Positions 50,307 to 61,600 of a stretch of DNA of 64,000 nt are shown piece by piece. This DNA is from an uncultured Gemmatimonadales bacterium (GTDB lineage Bacteria; Gemmatimonadota; Gemmatimonadetes; Longimicrobiales; Longimicrobiaceae): positions 4,960,001-5,024,000 of the forward strand of contig OY970303.1 in NCBI GenBank assembly GCA_963716255.1. Direction: 5' to 3'. Both the position numbers and the translations under genes were made by a program. Each line of letters starts with the position of its first letter. Position 1 is the stretch's first letter. A model generated the notes under the pieces. It had not been told where the DNA came from and did no database searches. It worked only from the letters and a program-made list of their open reading frames with translations.

Positions 50307-51950
50307 GTGCCGACCATCACCGTCCTCAGCTGGAACGTCGAGAAGCTGGGCGAAGGCAAGACGACCAGGCTGGCGACGGACCCCAACCTGTCGGAGATCG
50401 TCCCGTTCATCGCCCTCGTGATCGCCCGCACGGGCGCCGAGCTGGTGGGGATCATGGAGATCAACGGCGGGATGGGCCCCCGCATCCGCGACTGGCTGGT
50501 CCGGCTCCTCAACAACGTGCCTGGCACCGTGGGCGCGCCGTGGCAGGGGCGCCTGAGCACCCGGCAGGACGGCGGCACCCAGGAAGAATACCTCTACCTC
50601 TGGAAGGAGCAGCCCGGCCGGCTCGTGCTGGACACGGCCGCGTTCCCCAGCGCCACGTCGCTGATCGGCGTGGTGGACCGCAACCTCCTCGCGGAGTTCG
50701 CACGGCTGCTGGCGTGGACGCCGGCCCAGGTGGACCAGCTCCTCGACGCCCTGGCGGCCAACGGGTACATCAACCACCCGTGGTTCATGGAGCGCGGCAG
50801 GCAGAAGCACACCGCGCAGTACCGGATGGTGCCCGTCCAGTGGAACGCCCTCGCCACGATGGCGGTGCCGGAGGTGGCGTTCGACCCGACGCTCGCCCAG
50901 CCGCCGGCCGCGCTCCTGGGACCGGGCGGCGCGGTGGCGCGGCAGCATCTCGCCCGGATGCTGGTGGACGCCGACATCCTGCGGTTCCTCACCTACGGGG
51001 CCCGCTCACCGTACCTCGCGAACTTCCTCGTGGGCAACCCCGGGAAGCCGCTCGCCACGGCCATCTACCACGCGCCGGGGCCGCAGGAGCAGATGTTCAC
51101 CATCGGGCCGGCCATCAACACGATCGGGATGAGCCTGCCCCTCGCCCGGGCGGCCGCGGCGGGCAACGTGCTCGTGATGGGCGACTTCAACGTGACCGCG
51201 CGCCAGATGAGCGAGCAGGTCGAGGTTTGGGGCCGCGAGAAGAACGGCCAGCCCCAGTTCTCCAAGGTGACGCCCGTCCAGCGGCAGCAGGTGTTCGCGC
51301 CCATCGTCGGGGGTACGCTGAACGCCGCGAACCTGATGAACGCGGGCGGCCAGGAACTGCGCACCACGTACGTCGGCCTCTACCAGGACGACGCCACGGC
51401 GGCCGACGACGTGCTCCTCAATGCGTACGACAAGTTCTTCTTCCACGGTGGCGCCCCCGCCGGCGGGCGGCCGATGACGCAGACGAACGAGGTGGAGGTG
51501 ATCAATCTCGCCCCGTTCCTGACGGACCGCAGCGTCTACTTCGATGCGGACCTGGCACGCTCGGCGCTGACCTTCTTCCGCGTCTTCTGCGGCGACGCGT
51601 CCCTGGACAAGGGGATCGCCGCGCTGATGCTCAAGGCGAACAGGGCGCGCCGGGCGCTCGCCCTCGCCGAGGGGAAGCTGCGGACGATCGACGGGCAGAT
51701 CGCCGCGCACGGACGGCGCCTTCCGCCCAAGAGCACGCTGACGTCGCGCCGGAACCTGCTGGTGCGAAACGTGGCCGCCGAGCAGGCGAGGCTGAACGCC
51801 GCCCAGGCCCAGGTCGCCAACGCGCGGCTGATCCAGATCTCCCTCCAGAACGCGGCCACCGTGTTCGCCACGGGGATGGGGTCCGCGGCCGCCATCCTCC
51901 GCGACGCCGTGAGCGACCACGTGCCCATCGCCGTCCAGCTCACCGCGTGA
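50307..51950 (+). CDS. Endonuclease/exonuclease/phosphatase (DNase I-like) protein with insertions
   Basis: SWNVEKLG, GIME, EEYLYLW, RSPY, IYHAP, MGDFN, YDKFF, SDHVPI in canonical EEP order. Confidence 0.85.
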   Translation: MPTITVLSWNVEKLGEGKTTRLATDPNLSEIVPFIALVIARTGAELVGIMEINGGMGPRIRDWLVRLLNNVPGTVGAPWQGRLSTRQDGGTQEEYLYLWKEQPGRLVLDTAAFPSATSLIGVVDRNLLAEFARLLAWTPAQVDQLLDALAANGYINHPWFMERGRQKHTAQYRMVPVQWNALATMAVPEVAFDPTLAQPPAALLGPGGAVARQHLARMLVDADILRFLTYGARSPYLANFLVGNPGKPLATAIYHAPGPQEQMFTIGPAINTIGMSLPLARAAAAGNVLVMGDFNVTARQMSEQVEVWGREKNGQPQFSKVTPVQRQQVFAPIVGGTLNAANLMNAGGQELRTTYVGLYQDDATAADDVLLNAYDKFFFHGGAPAGGRPMTQTNEVEVINLAPFLTDRSVYFDADLARSALTFFRVFCGDASLDKGIAALMLKANRARRALALAEGKLRTIDGQIAAHGRRLPPKSTLTSRRNLLVRNVAAEQARLNAAQAQVANARLIQISLQNAATVFATGMGSAAAILRDAVSDHVPIAVQLTA

Positions 51951-51960
51951 GCAGGCGCCC

Positions 51961-54900
51961 GTGACCACCGCCGACCTCCTCGCCCAGCTCCAGGCGACCT
52001 TCCCCGCCCGGGCCACGTCGGGCACCTTCGACGCCACCCGGGTGGCCGGGGGCGAGTACGCGCCCCTGCTCTCCGGGCTGGGCATCCCCCTCGCCCTGCC
52101 GCTGACCTCGGCGCAGGGGTGGCAGACGGACGGCAGCGTCGTTACCCTGAGCGGTGCTGCGACCATCGCCGTCCTCGGCGTGGAGGCGCCCGCCGTCCAC
52201 TTCCGCTTCACCCCCGGCGGCGACCACTTCGTCCTCCTGCTGGACGTGACGCTCCCGGCGGCCTGGACGTTCCCGCAATCGTTTCCGACGCTGGCGGGCG
52301 GCGTGTTCTCCTTGCTGCGGCTGGCCACGCCCGCGGACGCCGCCCTGATCGTGGCCTCGGGACGCGCGGCGGACCCGCTCCGCGGCGGGCTCTCCGTGGA
52401 CGCGGGGCTGAGCTTCACGGGGACGTTCGACGTGAACTCCAGCGCGTGGGCGGCCATCGCGTGGATCGCGGCGGACGGCCATCCGGGCGTCGTCACGGGC
52501 CCCGTCGGCTACGTGGCGGAAACGGGGGCGGTGGACATGAGGCTCCCCCTGGCCGTGGGGCGTGTCGCGCACCTGCTGGGGAGCACGGGACCGGCGCTGG
52601 ACCTGGAACTGTCGCTCTACAGCGGGTTGGACGCGGGGCTCCAGCAGTACGTCTGCGGGGTGCGCTTCGACAGCGTGCTGGAGATCGGGGGGGAGAGCGG
52701 CACGACGGAGACGCTGGACTTCTCCGCCCTGCTCGCCACGCCGGCCCAGGGCGTCCTGACCCTCACGGCGGCGGGGAGCGCCCTCTCGTTCTCGCCGGCG
52801 GACCTGGCACACTGGTTCGGACCGGGGGCGGACGTGAGCGTCTGGCTCCCCCACGGCCTGGACGACGGCGCGCTGGCGCGGGTGGACGCGCTCTCCCTGG
52901 GCATCGGCCTGGTGAGCCGTACGCTGGAGTACGCCTACGTGTCGTTGAGCGCCCTCCCCGGCAAAGTGTGGGAGATCTGGCCGGGCGTGCTGGCGGTGGG
53001 CGACCTGTCGTTCCTGTTCAGCGTGTTCGGGCCGGGGGGCGACGCGCCACAGTACTCGTACATCCTCCGCGGGCTGGTGCGGGTGGGGAACGTGCCCGTG
53101 CGCGTGCAGGGCCGGCTCCCCGAGCGGATGCTGACGGGCGCGCTGGACGTGACGGGCGAGCCCCCCACCGTCGCGGGCTTCCTCCAGGACGTGTTCGGCT
53201 TCACGGCCGGCGTCCCCGAGTCGCTGCTGGTGGCGGCGCTGGACTTCTCGCTGGACGCTGACCAGGGCATCTACACGGCCGACGTGGAGATCGCGGGCTC
53301 GTGGCTGTTCGTCTTCGGCGACGAGAACGTGCTGGAGTTCGAGGACCTGCGGCTGGGCGTGGGCTACTCGAAGGAGGGCGGGCCGTCGGGCACCATCACG
53401 GGCGTGTTCCGCGTGGACGTCCACGAGTTCACGGTGGAGCTGGACGTAGCGCGCGACAACCTCCGTCTCCGCGGCGCGTGGACGGACGACGGCGAGCCCC
53501 TCGACTACCTCCAGCTGGCCATCGCGCTGGGGATGTACGGCCTGGCGAACCCGCCCCAGGTGCTGGACCTGGCCTTCACCGGCGCCACTTTCCAGCTGGA
53601 GACGGCCGGCCCCTCGGTGTCCGTCACCGCCGAGACGGCGAAATACGGCTGCGCCGCGCTGGTGGCGGGGCGCGACGCGGCGGGCGCGTGGGGCTTCCTC
53701 TTCGGGATGGAGGCGGCGCTGGACCTGGCGCTGAACCTCACCGACATCCCCGTGGTGGGCGACCTGGTGCCGGCGGGGCTGGACGTGATCGCGCTCGACG
53801 ACCTGCGCATCGTGGCCGCCACCAAAGCGATCCCCATCTACACGGAGTCGCCCGAACTGGCCGAGGTGCTGGGCGGCGAGGTGAGCAGCGGCGTGGCGCT
53901 GTCGGTGGAAATGCGCCTGGGGACGAAGTACCGGCGGCAGTTCTCCGTGCGCTTCGGCGGCGCGGACGACGGCGCCGCGTACGACACGCCCCCGCCGCCG
54001 CAGGAGCTTCCCGGGGGCGAGCCGCCGCCGGTGGCGACGAAGCCGCCGCCGCTCCCTACGCCGACATCGGCGCCGCCTACGGCCGCGCCGGGACCGCAGT
54101 ACAACTGGGTGGAGGTACAGCGCGCGTTCGGGCCCGTGCAATTCCAGCGGATCGGCTTCAGCATCACCCCCGAGGAACGGCTGGCGGTGGCGCTGGACGG
54201 CTCCGTGTCGCTGGCAGGGCTCACGATCGCGCTCACGGGCCTCAGCGCCGAGATTCCCCTCGAAGCCCCCTATATCCCCAGCTTCGGCCTGACGGGGCTG
54301 GCCGTGGAGTACGCGGCGGCCGGGCTGGAGATCGGCGGCGCGCTGGTGAAGGTGCCCGGCCGCGACCCCGCCGAGTACTCGGGCGACCTGGTGCTGGAGG
54401 TGGAGCGCTTCGGGGCGATGGCCTTCGGCTCGTACACGACGGTGGGCGGCTCGCCGTCGCTGTTCGGGTTCCTGTTCCTCGACGTGCCGCTGGGCGGGCC
54501 CGGCTTCTTCGTGACGGGCGTGGCGGGCGGGTTCGGCTTCAACCGCACGCTGCGCCTCCCCACCATCGACACCGTCCAGAGCTACCCGCTGGTGCAGGGG
54601 GCGATGGGCACGCTCGACGCCCGCGCCACCGGGGCCGCGCTGGACGAGTACATCCAGCCCGCGCCCAACCAGTACTGGTTCGCGGTGGGGGTGCGCTTCA
54701 CCTCGTTCGGGCTGCTGCGCTCGTACGTGCTTGCCACGGTGTCGTTCGGCACGTCGGTCGAGGTGGGGCTGATGGGCGAGTCCACCCTCGCGCTCCCGTC
54801 CGCGGGCGGCGAGGAGGAGGAGGGCGCGCTGGCCCCCATCGCCGAGGCGGACCTGGTGCTGCTGGTGGACGTGGTGCCGTCGTCCGGCGTGCTGGCGGCG

Positions 54901-56295
54901 GCGGCGCAGTTGTCGCCCGCGTCGTACGTGCTGTCGAAGCAGGCGCACCTCACCGGCGGCTTCGCGTTCTACCTGTGGTTCCCGCCGTCGCCCCACGCGG
55001 GCGACTTCGTGGTGGCGCTGGGCGGCTACAACCCGTACTTCGACGCGCCCGCGCACTATCCCGCCGTGCCCCGCCTGGGGTTCACGTGGTCGCTCTCCTC
55101 CGAATTGTCGCTCACGGGGGGGCTGTACTGCGCGCTCACGCCGGGACTGGTGATGGCCGGCGGCTCGCTGAAGGCCGCGTGGAAGGGCGGGGGGCTGACC
55201 GCGTGGTTCACGGCCGAGGCGGACTTCCTCGTGCGCCTGCGCCCCTTCGCGTACGACGCGCGGGTGGCGGTGTCGGTGGGTGTCTCCTACACGCTGAACC
55301 TGGGCTTCACCTCGAAGACCCTCGCCGTGCAGGTCTCCGGCGAGGTGGACCTGTGGGGGCAGCCGTTCGGGGGGCGGGCGTGGGTGGACGCGGGTGTCGT
55401 CTCCTTCTCGTTCGACTTCGGGACGCCGCGGCCCGGCCCTGCGCCCGACCTCTCCTGGAGCGCCTTCCTCCACGCATTCCTGCCGCCCGTCGCCTCGCCG
55501 GTGACGGCGCCGGCCACCACGGCCGCCGTGCAGATGGCTGCCTCGGAGGGCGCCCCGTCGCCCACCGCGACCGACTCGCTGGTGGCCATCCACGCGTCGT
55601 CCGGCCTCCTGGGCACGTTCACCGACGGCGGCGACTCCGTGTGGCGGGTGGACCCGGCGGCGCTCCGGCTGACGGTGACCACGCAGGTCCCCTCGAAGAC
55701 CGCCTCCGTGTGGACGGCGTCGTCCCCGGCGGTGGAGGGCGCGTGGAACACGGCGTTCGGCGTGGGGCCGATGGGCGCCGCCCCCGACGCCGTCGCCGTC
55801 AGGCTCGCGATCGCCCTGCTGCGCGGCGGCCGGCCCGACGCCGACGGCTGGAGCGCGGCGGCGGTAACGGGGAACGTGCCGGCGGGCGTGTGGCTCTCCA
55901 CCGCGGCCAAAATGGACGCGCCGGCCACCGTGAACGGCGTGCTGACGGGGATCGAACTCGTCCCCGTCGTCCCGCCGCCGGACGCGACCGTTCCCGTCGC
56001 GACCTCCGCGCTGCTGGGCGACGACGCGCCGGTGCGGACGCTCGGCTGGTCATCCGTCGCGCCCCCTGCGAGCGACTCGTTCGACCAGGGCGCCGCGATG
56101 GGCGAGATGCAGCGCACCCTCGTGAACCCCTCCGTGAGCGCCGTCCGTTCCGGCGTCCTGCGCGCGCTCCGGCTCCAGGGGCTGACCACGGCCGAATCGG
56201 TGGATGTCTCCGGATTCGCCGCGATGGCGCCCGACCTGATGACGTCGCCCCCGCACCTGCGGCTGCTGGGCGAGACGCCCGCCCCTTCCGCGTGA
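51961..56295 (+). CDS. DUF6603-like large beta-rich protein (1444 aa)
   Basis: Beta-repeat N-terminal half; Pro-rich linker; C-terminal half with GPVQFQRIG, LGGPGFFVTGVAGGFGFNR, LTGGFAFYLWF, GDFVVALGGYNP, HYPAVPRLG (family recalled, not searched). Confidence 0.7.
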   Translation: MTTADLLAQLQATFPARATSGTFDATRVAGGEYAPLLSGLGIPLALPLTSAQGWQTDGSVVTLSGAATIAVLGVEAPAVHFRFTPGGDHFVLLLDVTLPAAWTFPQSFPTLAGGVFSLLRLATPADAALIVASGRAADPLRGGLSVDAGLSFTGTFDVNSSAWAAIAWIAADGHPGVVTGPVGYVAETGAVDMRLPLAVGRVAHLLGSTGPALDLELSLYSGLDAGLQQYVCGVRFDSVLEIGGESGTTETLDFSALLATPAQGVLTLTAAGSALSFSPADLAHWFGPGADVSVWLPHGLDDGALARVDALSLGIGLVSRTLEYAYVSLSALPGKVWEIWPGVLAVGDLSFLFSVFGPGGDAPQYSYILRGLVRVGNVPVRVQGRLPERMLTGALDVTGEPPTVAGFLQDVFGFTAGVPESLLVAALDFSLDADQGIYTADVEIAGSWLFVFGDENVLEFEDLRLGVGYSKEGGPSGTITGVFRVDVHEFTVELDVARDNLRLRGAWTDDGEPLDYLQLAIALGMYGLANPPQVLDLAFTGATFQLETAGPSVSVTAETAKYGCAALVAGRDAAGAWGFLFGMEAALDLALNLTDIPVVGDLVPAGLDVIALDDLRIVAATKAIPIYTESPELAEVLGGEVSSGVALSVEMRLGTKYRRQFSVRFGGADDGAAYDTPPPPQELPGGEPPPVATKPPPLPTPTSAPPTAAPGPQYNWVEVQRAFGPVQFQRIGFSITPEERLAVALDGSVSLAGLTIALTGLSAEIPLEAPYIPSFGLTGLAVEYAAAGLEIGGALVKVPGRDPAEYSGDLVLEVERFGAMAFGSYTTVGGSPSLFGFLFLDVPLGGPGFFVTGVAGGFGFNRTLRLPTIDTVQSYPLVQGAMGTLDARATGAALDEYIQPAPNQYWFAVGVRFTSFGLLRSYVLATVSFGTSVEVGLMGESTLALPSAGGEEEEGALAPIAEADLVLLVDVVPSSGVLAAAAQLSPASYVLSKQAHLTGGFAFYLWFPPSPHAGDFVVALGGYNPYFDAPAHYPAVPRLGFTWSLSSELSLTGGLYCALTPGLVMAGGSLKAAWKGGGLTAWFTAEADFLVRLRPFAYDARVAVSVGVSYTLNLGFTSKTLAVQVSGEVDLWGQPFGGRAWVDAGVVSFSFDFGTPRPGPAPDLSWSAFLHAFLPPVASPVTAPATTAAVQMAASEGAPSPTATDSLVAIHASSGLLGTFTDGGDSVWRVDPAALRLTVTTQVPSKTASVWTASSPAVEGAWNTAFGVGPMGAAPDAVAVRLAIALLRGGRPDADGWSAAAVTGNVPAGVWLSTAAKMDAPATVNGVLTGIELVPVVPPPDATVPVATSALLGDDAPVRTLGWSSVAPPASDSFDQGAAMGEMQRTLVNPSVSAVRSGVLRALRLQGLTTAESVDVSGFAAMAPDLMTSPPHLRLLGETPAPSA

Positions 56296-56302
56296 CCCGG
56301 CC

Positions 56303-57658
56303 ATGAGCGACCCGGACGGCACCCTCCCCGCCGGGGCGGACGTCACCTTCGTCCAGTACCTGCTGCCCCCGCTGCGCAGCGGCGAGGTGACCGTTTCCGC
56401 CGCGCAGATCGTGGAGGCGGCGGGCGCGGCGCAGACCTTCGTGACCTCGCAGCGGATGTCCGTGGCCGGCGCGCGGTACCGGCTGGGCACCGACGACGTG
56501 GCCGGCGTCTTCCCCCCGCCGGGGAGCCAGGGCGAGTTCGCCGACGTCCTGCCGCACGTCGTCCTCGCGTCGCCCACGCTGCCGTGGCAGCGCGCGGCGG
56601 ACCCGGCGGCCACCCCGCCCGCGGCGGGCGCGCCGGTGGCCACGTGGATGGCGGTGCTCCCCTTCCGTGCGCTGGACCCGCCGCCCGTGCCGCAGGCCGT
56701 CACGCTGGGCGAGCTGACGCCGTCGGGCACCGTCTTCTTCCCCCCGCGATCCACCGAGCCGGGCGAGAACGACGCCGACCCGGTGACGGTGATCGACGTG
56801 CCCGTGGCGCTGTTCGCGGCGGTGGCACCCACGGCGGCGGACCTGGACTGGCTCGCGCACGTGCGCCGCGTGGACGTCCGCGCACGCCCGGCCGGCGACG
56901 GGCCGCCGCGCTCCGACTTCGGGGTGGTGATGGGGAACCGGCTGGGGCTGCCGGGGCAGGCGACGACGGCGGTTCTCGTGTCGCTCGAGGGATGGGCGCC
57001 GTACCTCCCCGCGAAGGACGGGACGCCGTCTCCCCATCTCCCCGAGCCGGCGGAGACGGTGCGGCTCGTCGTCCTCCATCACTGGACGTACAGCGCGGTC
57101 GATCAGCAGCAGACGTTCGAGGGGCTGCTGACGGCGGTGAGCACGTCGCCCTCCGGCATCCAGCTCCCGATGAACGGCCCGGCGGCGGGCGATGCCTCGG
57201 CGGACGCGCTCGTGGCCGACGCCGGCGCGATGGGCTACACGGCGATGGACCACGCGCTGCTGAACGGCGATTCCACCGTCTCCTGGTACCGCGGGCCGCT
57301 GCTGCCGCTGGGCACGCCGCGGTTCGTGGCGCCGCCGTACGCCGCCGCCTCGCCGCTGCTGCGGTACGACCCCACGACGGGGATGTTCGACGTCACGTAC
57401 GCCGCCGCCTGGTCGCTGGGCCGGCTGCTGGCGCTGCGCGACAACGCGTTCGCCACGGCGCTATACCGCTGGAAGCTCACGCAGGCGCGCTCGGCCGTGG
57501 CCGCGCTGGAGACGGCGCTGCTGGACGAGACGCTGGGCGATCTCCTGCCGCTCGCCGCCGGCACCGCGGGCGAGGCGCGCCGGGCCCGCTTCGCCGCCGC
57601 GGCGGCCAGGGTGGCCGCGCCGGCCGCCGCCCGCCTTGCCGCCGACTCCGCACCCTGA
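56303..57658 (+). CDS. Uncharacterised protein of the DUF6603-associated operon (451 aa)
   Basis: LPHVVLASPTLPWQR, LVSLEG, SWYRGPLLP, YAAAWSLGRLLAL; 7-bp gap from upstream gene. Confidence 0.8.
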   Translation: MSDPDGTLPAGADVTFVQYLLPPLRSGEVTVSAAQIVEAAGAAQTFVTSQRMSVAGARYRLGTDDVAGVFPPPGSQGEFADVLPHVVLASPTLPWQRAADPAATPPAAGAPVATWMAVLPFRALDPPPVPQAVTLGELTPSGTVFFPPRSTEPGENDADPVTVIDVPVALFAAVAPTAADLDWLAHVRRVDVRARPAGDGPPRSDFGVVMGNRLGLPGQATTAVLVSLEGWAPYLPAKDGTPSPHLPEPAETVRLVVLHHWTYSAVDQQQTFEGLLTAVSTSPSGIQLPMNGPAAGDASADALVADAGAMGYTAMDHALLNGDSTVSWYRGPLLPLGTPRFVAPPYAAASPLLRYDPTTGMFDVTYAAAWSLGRLLALRDNAFATALYRWKLTQARSAVAALETALLDETLGDLLPLAAGTAGEARRARFAAAAARVAAPAAARLAADSAP

Positions 57659-57665
57659 GGACGCC

Positions 57666-58565
57666 GTGGCCCGACAGCTTCCCCGCATCGACCTCCGCTC
57701 GCGCGCGCTGCGCCTGGACCCGGCGCCCCCGGTCGCCGTGGACGCCGCCCAGGGGAGCGACCTGCCGCTCGTGGTTGCCTGGATGACGCGGCTGCACCTG
57801 CTGCACGGCGTCCCGTTCAACTACCTGGTGCCCGACGAGCGGATGCTCCCGGCGGAGTCGCTCCGCTTCTTCCGGCTGGACGAGAACTGGATGGGCGCCC
57901 TGCTGGACGGCGCCTACTCCATCGGCTTCGCGGGCGCCGCCGAGCCCACCTCCCGGGCCGCGCGCCCGCAGGTGATGGCCGCCGCGCGCGTCGCCACCCC
58001 CCGCGTCCGTCAGGACCTCCTCGCGGCGCCGCGGACGATGGCGGCGACATCGTCCATCGTCGCGCGGGACGAGCCGACCGGCGGAGGCGGCCCGGTGAGC
58101 GGCTTCCTCCTCCGCTCCGCCGTGGTGGCGGGATGGCCGGGCGTGGAGGTGCGCGGCTGGGCCGACGCCGCGGGCACGCAGCCGCTGGCCCTGCTGCGGC
58201 TGGAGGCGGTCGCTCCCTCGCTCCTCCTCTGTCTGTTCGACGGCGTGGCGGCGGCGGTGGAGCTGCGCGAGCCGGCCGAGGCGCTGCACTTCGGCGTGGA
58301 GGCGGCGGAGGGCGGCTGGCAGAAGGCCACGCGCTACGCCGCCCCCGTGGACGGCCACGCGGCGGGCGACTTCACCGGCGTGACGGTGGCCGTGCCCCTG
58401 CGCTCGGCGGAGACGGGGGTGGTGGACGTGTCCACCCTCGCCACGGTGCTGGGGGGCGCGGCATTCGGCGGGTCGCCGCCGGAGAATGCCGTGTTCACGG
58501 CCGCCGAGTTCGGGCTGGAGATGGTGGAGGGCGTGCAGGTGGTTCGCTTCCAGGCGGACGGCTGA
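57666..58565 (+). CDS. Uncharacterised protein of the DUF6603-associated operon (about 299 aa)
   Basis: GVPFNYLVPDERMLPAESLRFF, LLDGAYSIG, GFLLRSAVVAGWPGVEV, LLCLFDG; GAGG RBS. Confidence 0.8.
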   Translation: MARQLPRIDLRSRALRLDPAPPVAVDAAQGSDLPLVVAWMTRLHLLHGVPFNYLVPDERMLPAESLRFFRLDENWMGALLDGAYSIGFAGAAEPTSRAARPQVMAAARVATPRVRQDLLAAPRTMAATSSIVARDEPTGGGGPVSGFLLRSAVVAGWPGVEVRGWADAAGTQPLALLRLEAVAPSLLLCLFDGVAAAVELREPAEALHFGVEAAEGGWQKATRYAAPVDGHAAGDFTGVTVAVPLRSAETGVVDVSTLATVLGGAAFGGSPPENAVFTAAEFGLEMVEGVQVVRFQADG

Positions 58566-58641
58566 CGCGCGAGTGACCGACCGGAGAGAGGCCGCCCTCC
58601 GCGCCCTCCCGAGAACCCGAACCGGGACGTCCCGGCCCCGA

Positions 58642-61600
58642 ATGCCCGATCCCACGCTCCTCGTCCCCATCCGCGTCTCCGCCCTGTGCGTGGGAGCGCC
58701 CGACGCCCAGCAGGCCCTCGGCCAGCCGCCGATGGCGGACTTCGCGCACCTGCCGTACGCGACGGGCGGCACGGTGCACAACCGCGGCCCCTACACGGCC
58801 GGCCGCGCCACCGCCGCCGCCGCCCCGTTCAAGGGCGCGGCCGAGCTGCCGGCGGGCGTGCACCTCCACTGGTCGCTCCCCGAGGGGCTGTCGCACGCCG
58901 TCGCCTCCGGGCCGGGGGAGGGGTCGCGCTTCCCCGCCGTGCCCTCGCGCTGGATGGTGGTGCGCGTGGCCGTGGACGCGCAGGGCGGCTACACGACGGC
59001 GTCGTGGGTGGTGGAGAGCGACCGGCTCTCCGTCTCCGCCACGGTTCCGCCGGGGATGGCGCAGCCCACCGTTCCGTGGGGCGCGCAGCCGGGCCAGGGC
59101 TTCCGCTACCTCGGCCAGGCGTTCGACGCGGCCACCTGGGCGGAGTCGAGCACGTCGGTGGATCGCCTGTCGCCGCTCACCGCCGTGGGCTACGGCGAGC
59201 CGACGTTCGCGTCATACTATCCCAATTGCAGCAGCGTCTTCGGGTTCCATGATCCCATGTCGGGATACACCGCCGGCACGACCCTCACCTACTACGTCGC
59301 GGGGTGGTACGGCGACGTCGGCGACGATCCGCTCTCGGCCGGCGGCGTGGCGCCCGGCGACAACCCGTACGGCTGGACGTGGACGGGCGGCGAGACCCCC
59401 ACGCGCACCCTCTGCACGGGAGCCGTGGGCGATTTCGCCTGGTCGTCGGGGACGGCGTACCTGAGCCGGGCGCCGTCCGCGCTGACGGCCGCCGTGGCCG
59501 CGTCGCCGCAGGAGGCCCTCTCCGCGCTGATGGCGGACGCACTGGCCGCCGCGTATCCGGACCAGGACTTCTCCAGCGCCGAGCCGCTGCTGAACGCGCT
59601 CCAGTTCGGCCTGCTGGCGCGCCCCGTCACGCCGGATTCGCTGGAGGCGTTCGAGGAGGCCGTGCACGCCGCCGGTTTCGGCGCGCTGGACGGCGGCGTC
59701 GTGTGGTCCGTCGTCCCCGCCGATTCCAGCGGGGACGCCGGCGAGGGCTCCGAGGCCACGCTCCCCGCCGGCCAGGGCGCGATGCTGGACAGTCTCAACG
59801 ACCTCGAGTACCGGCTGTCCGACCTGGGACGCGAGCTGGCCGGGCGGCGGCAGCAGCTGTTCGTCGACTGGCAGAAGTACCTCGTGACGGCGTACGAGCC
59901 CCTGCGCGCGCCGCCCACCCTCCGCGTGCGCCTCACCGACGTCATGGCGTACGTGGAGGACGAGGTCGCCGCGATCACGGCCATCGCGGGGCTCGGCGGC
60001 GCGATGGACACGCTCCAGGCGCAGGTCGATGCGGCGAGCGCCACGCTGGCCGCCGTCCTGGATCCGTCGCTGCGGCTGGCGCGGACCGCGCTGGCGCCGC
60101 GTTTCCATCGTCCGGCCGACCCCGTCCTCGTCCTCTCCGGCGCCGACGTGGCGCCGCGCGGCCATCCCCGGACGCTGGGAGAGAGCGGCGGCTTCCTCCG
60201 CTGCCGCACCGCGAGCCAGCTCGTGACGCGTCTCACGGTCGCCGACGGGCTGCTGCCGGGGAGCGCGGCGGAGTCGGTGTCCGCCTCGCAGATGCCGGCC
60301 GTGCCCGTCCAGCCGTCCACCGTGCCGTCCGACGCGTTCCAGGGGGCGTTCGCGGATGCGTTCTTCCTGAACCCGGGGCTCCAGGCGCGCGTCGCCAAGC
60401 TCGTGGACTACCCGGGCGGCTCCACCAACCCGGCGCACATGGACTTCGCGGCTACGGAGGCTGCCCTGCGCGCCGCCGCCGCCGCCTTCGTGGCGGGCAA
60501 GACGCCGCAGGGCGTGGCCTACGACGGCGACCCGTCCGCGCCCCGCGCCGTGAGCGGGTGGACGGGCACGCCGTGGGAGCCCCTCCTCCTCGAGTACGAC
60601 GTGTCGTTCGGCCCCGTGCAGGAGGTGCTGCCGTCGGGCGGCACGTTCCAGTATCCGCCCGACTACCTGCTGCAGGACTTCGCGTTCGACGAGGATTCCA
60701 TCGACCTCGTCTACCAGGGCGCGGCGCCCACGGCGGGACAGCGGTACGTGGGGAGCGCCGTGCTCTCGGCGGGCGCGGCCACGGACCTGGCGGGCGCGCT
60801 GCGGCGGTGGATCGCCGGCACGGGGAGCGATGACCCGCGCGTGGCGGAGGCGCTGGACGCGGTGACGCGGATGCCGTTGCTGGCGCAGGGGATGGCCGGC
60901 ATGGGCGCGGAGATGACGATGCGCCGCCAGGCCCTTCAGATGACGGTGTCCGACCCGCTGGCGCCCGAGCCCGTGCAGGCCTTCGTCGCCCGTGTCCGCG
61001 ACGCCGTGGGCGACGAGACGGCGTTCTCCCCGCTGCCGGAGGTGAGCTTCAACCCCGTGCGCGCGGGCACGCTCTCCGTCGTGCGGCTGCGGCTGCTGGA
61101 CACCTTCGGGCGGACGATGGAGTACACCGCGCCCCGCGTGGTCGTGGCGCGCGGCCTGGTGCCGGAGCCGGAGCTCGGCCTTCCCTCCGGCACGGCGTTC
61201 CTGCCGCCGCGCGTGGTGCAGCCGTCGCGCCTGCTCTTCCGCTGGATGTCGGCCGCCGGCGCCGCGGAGAGCACGGCGGTACCCGCCACGTCGCCCGTTC
61301 TGGGGTGGGTCATCCCCGACTACCTGGACCGCTCGCTGGCCCTGTACTCGTCGGAAGGCGCGCCGCTGGGCACGCTCGGCCTCTCGGCGGACGGCGCGAC
61401 GGTGCTTTGGGTCGCCGCGCCGGGCGGCGGCTGGCCGCTGGGCACGCCGCTGTCCACCGTGATGGCGGGGCAGGACGCGGAGCTGGCCGCGTTCGCGCGG
61501 GCGCTGCAGGAGGGCGGCGCGGCCTACTTCGCCCCGTTCTTCCAGGCCGTGCGCGACGCCCTCGCCTTCTCCCTCCCCGAGCGTTTCCGCGAGGGCGTGG

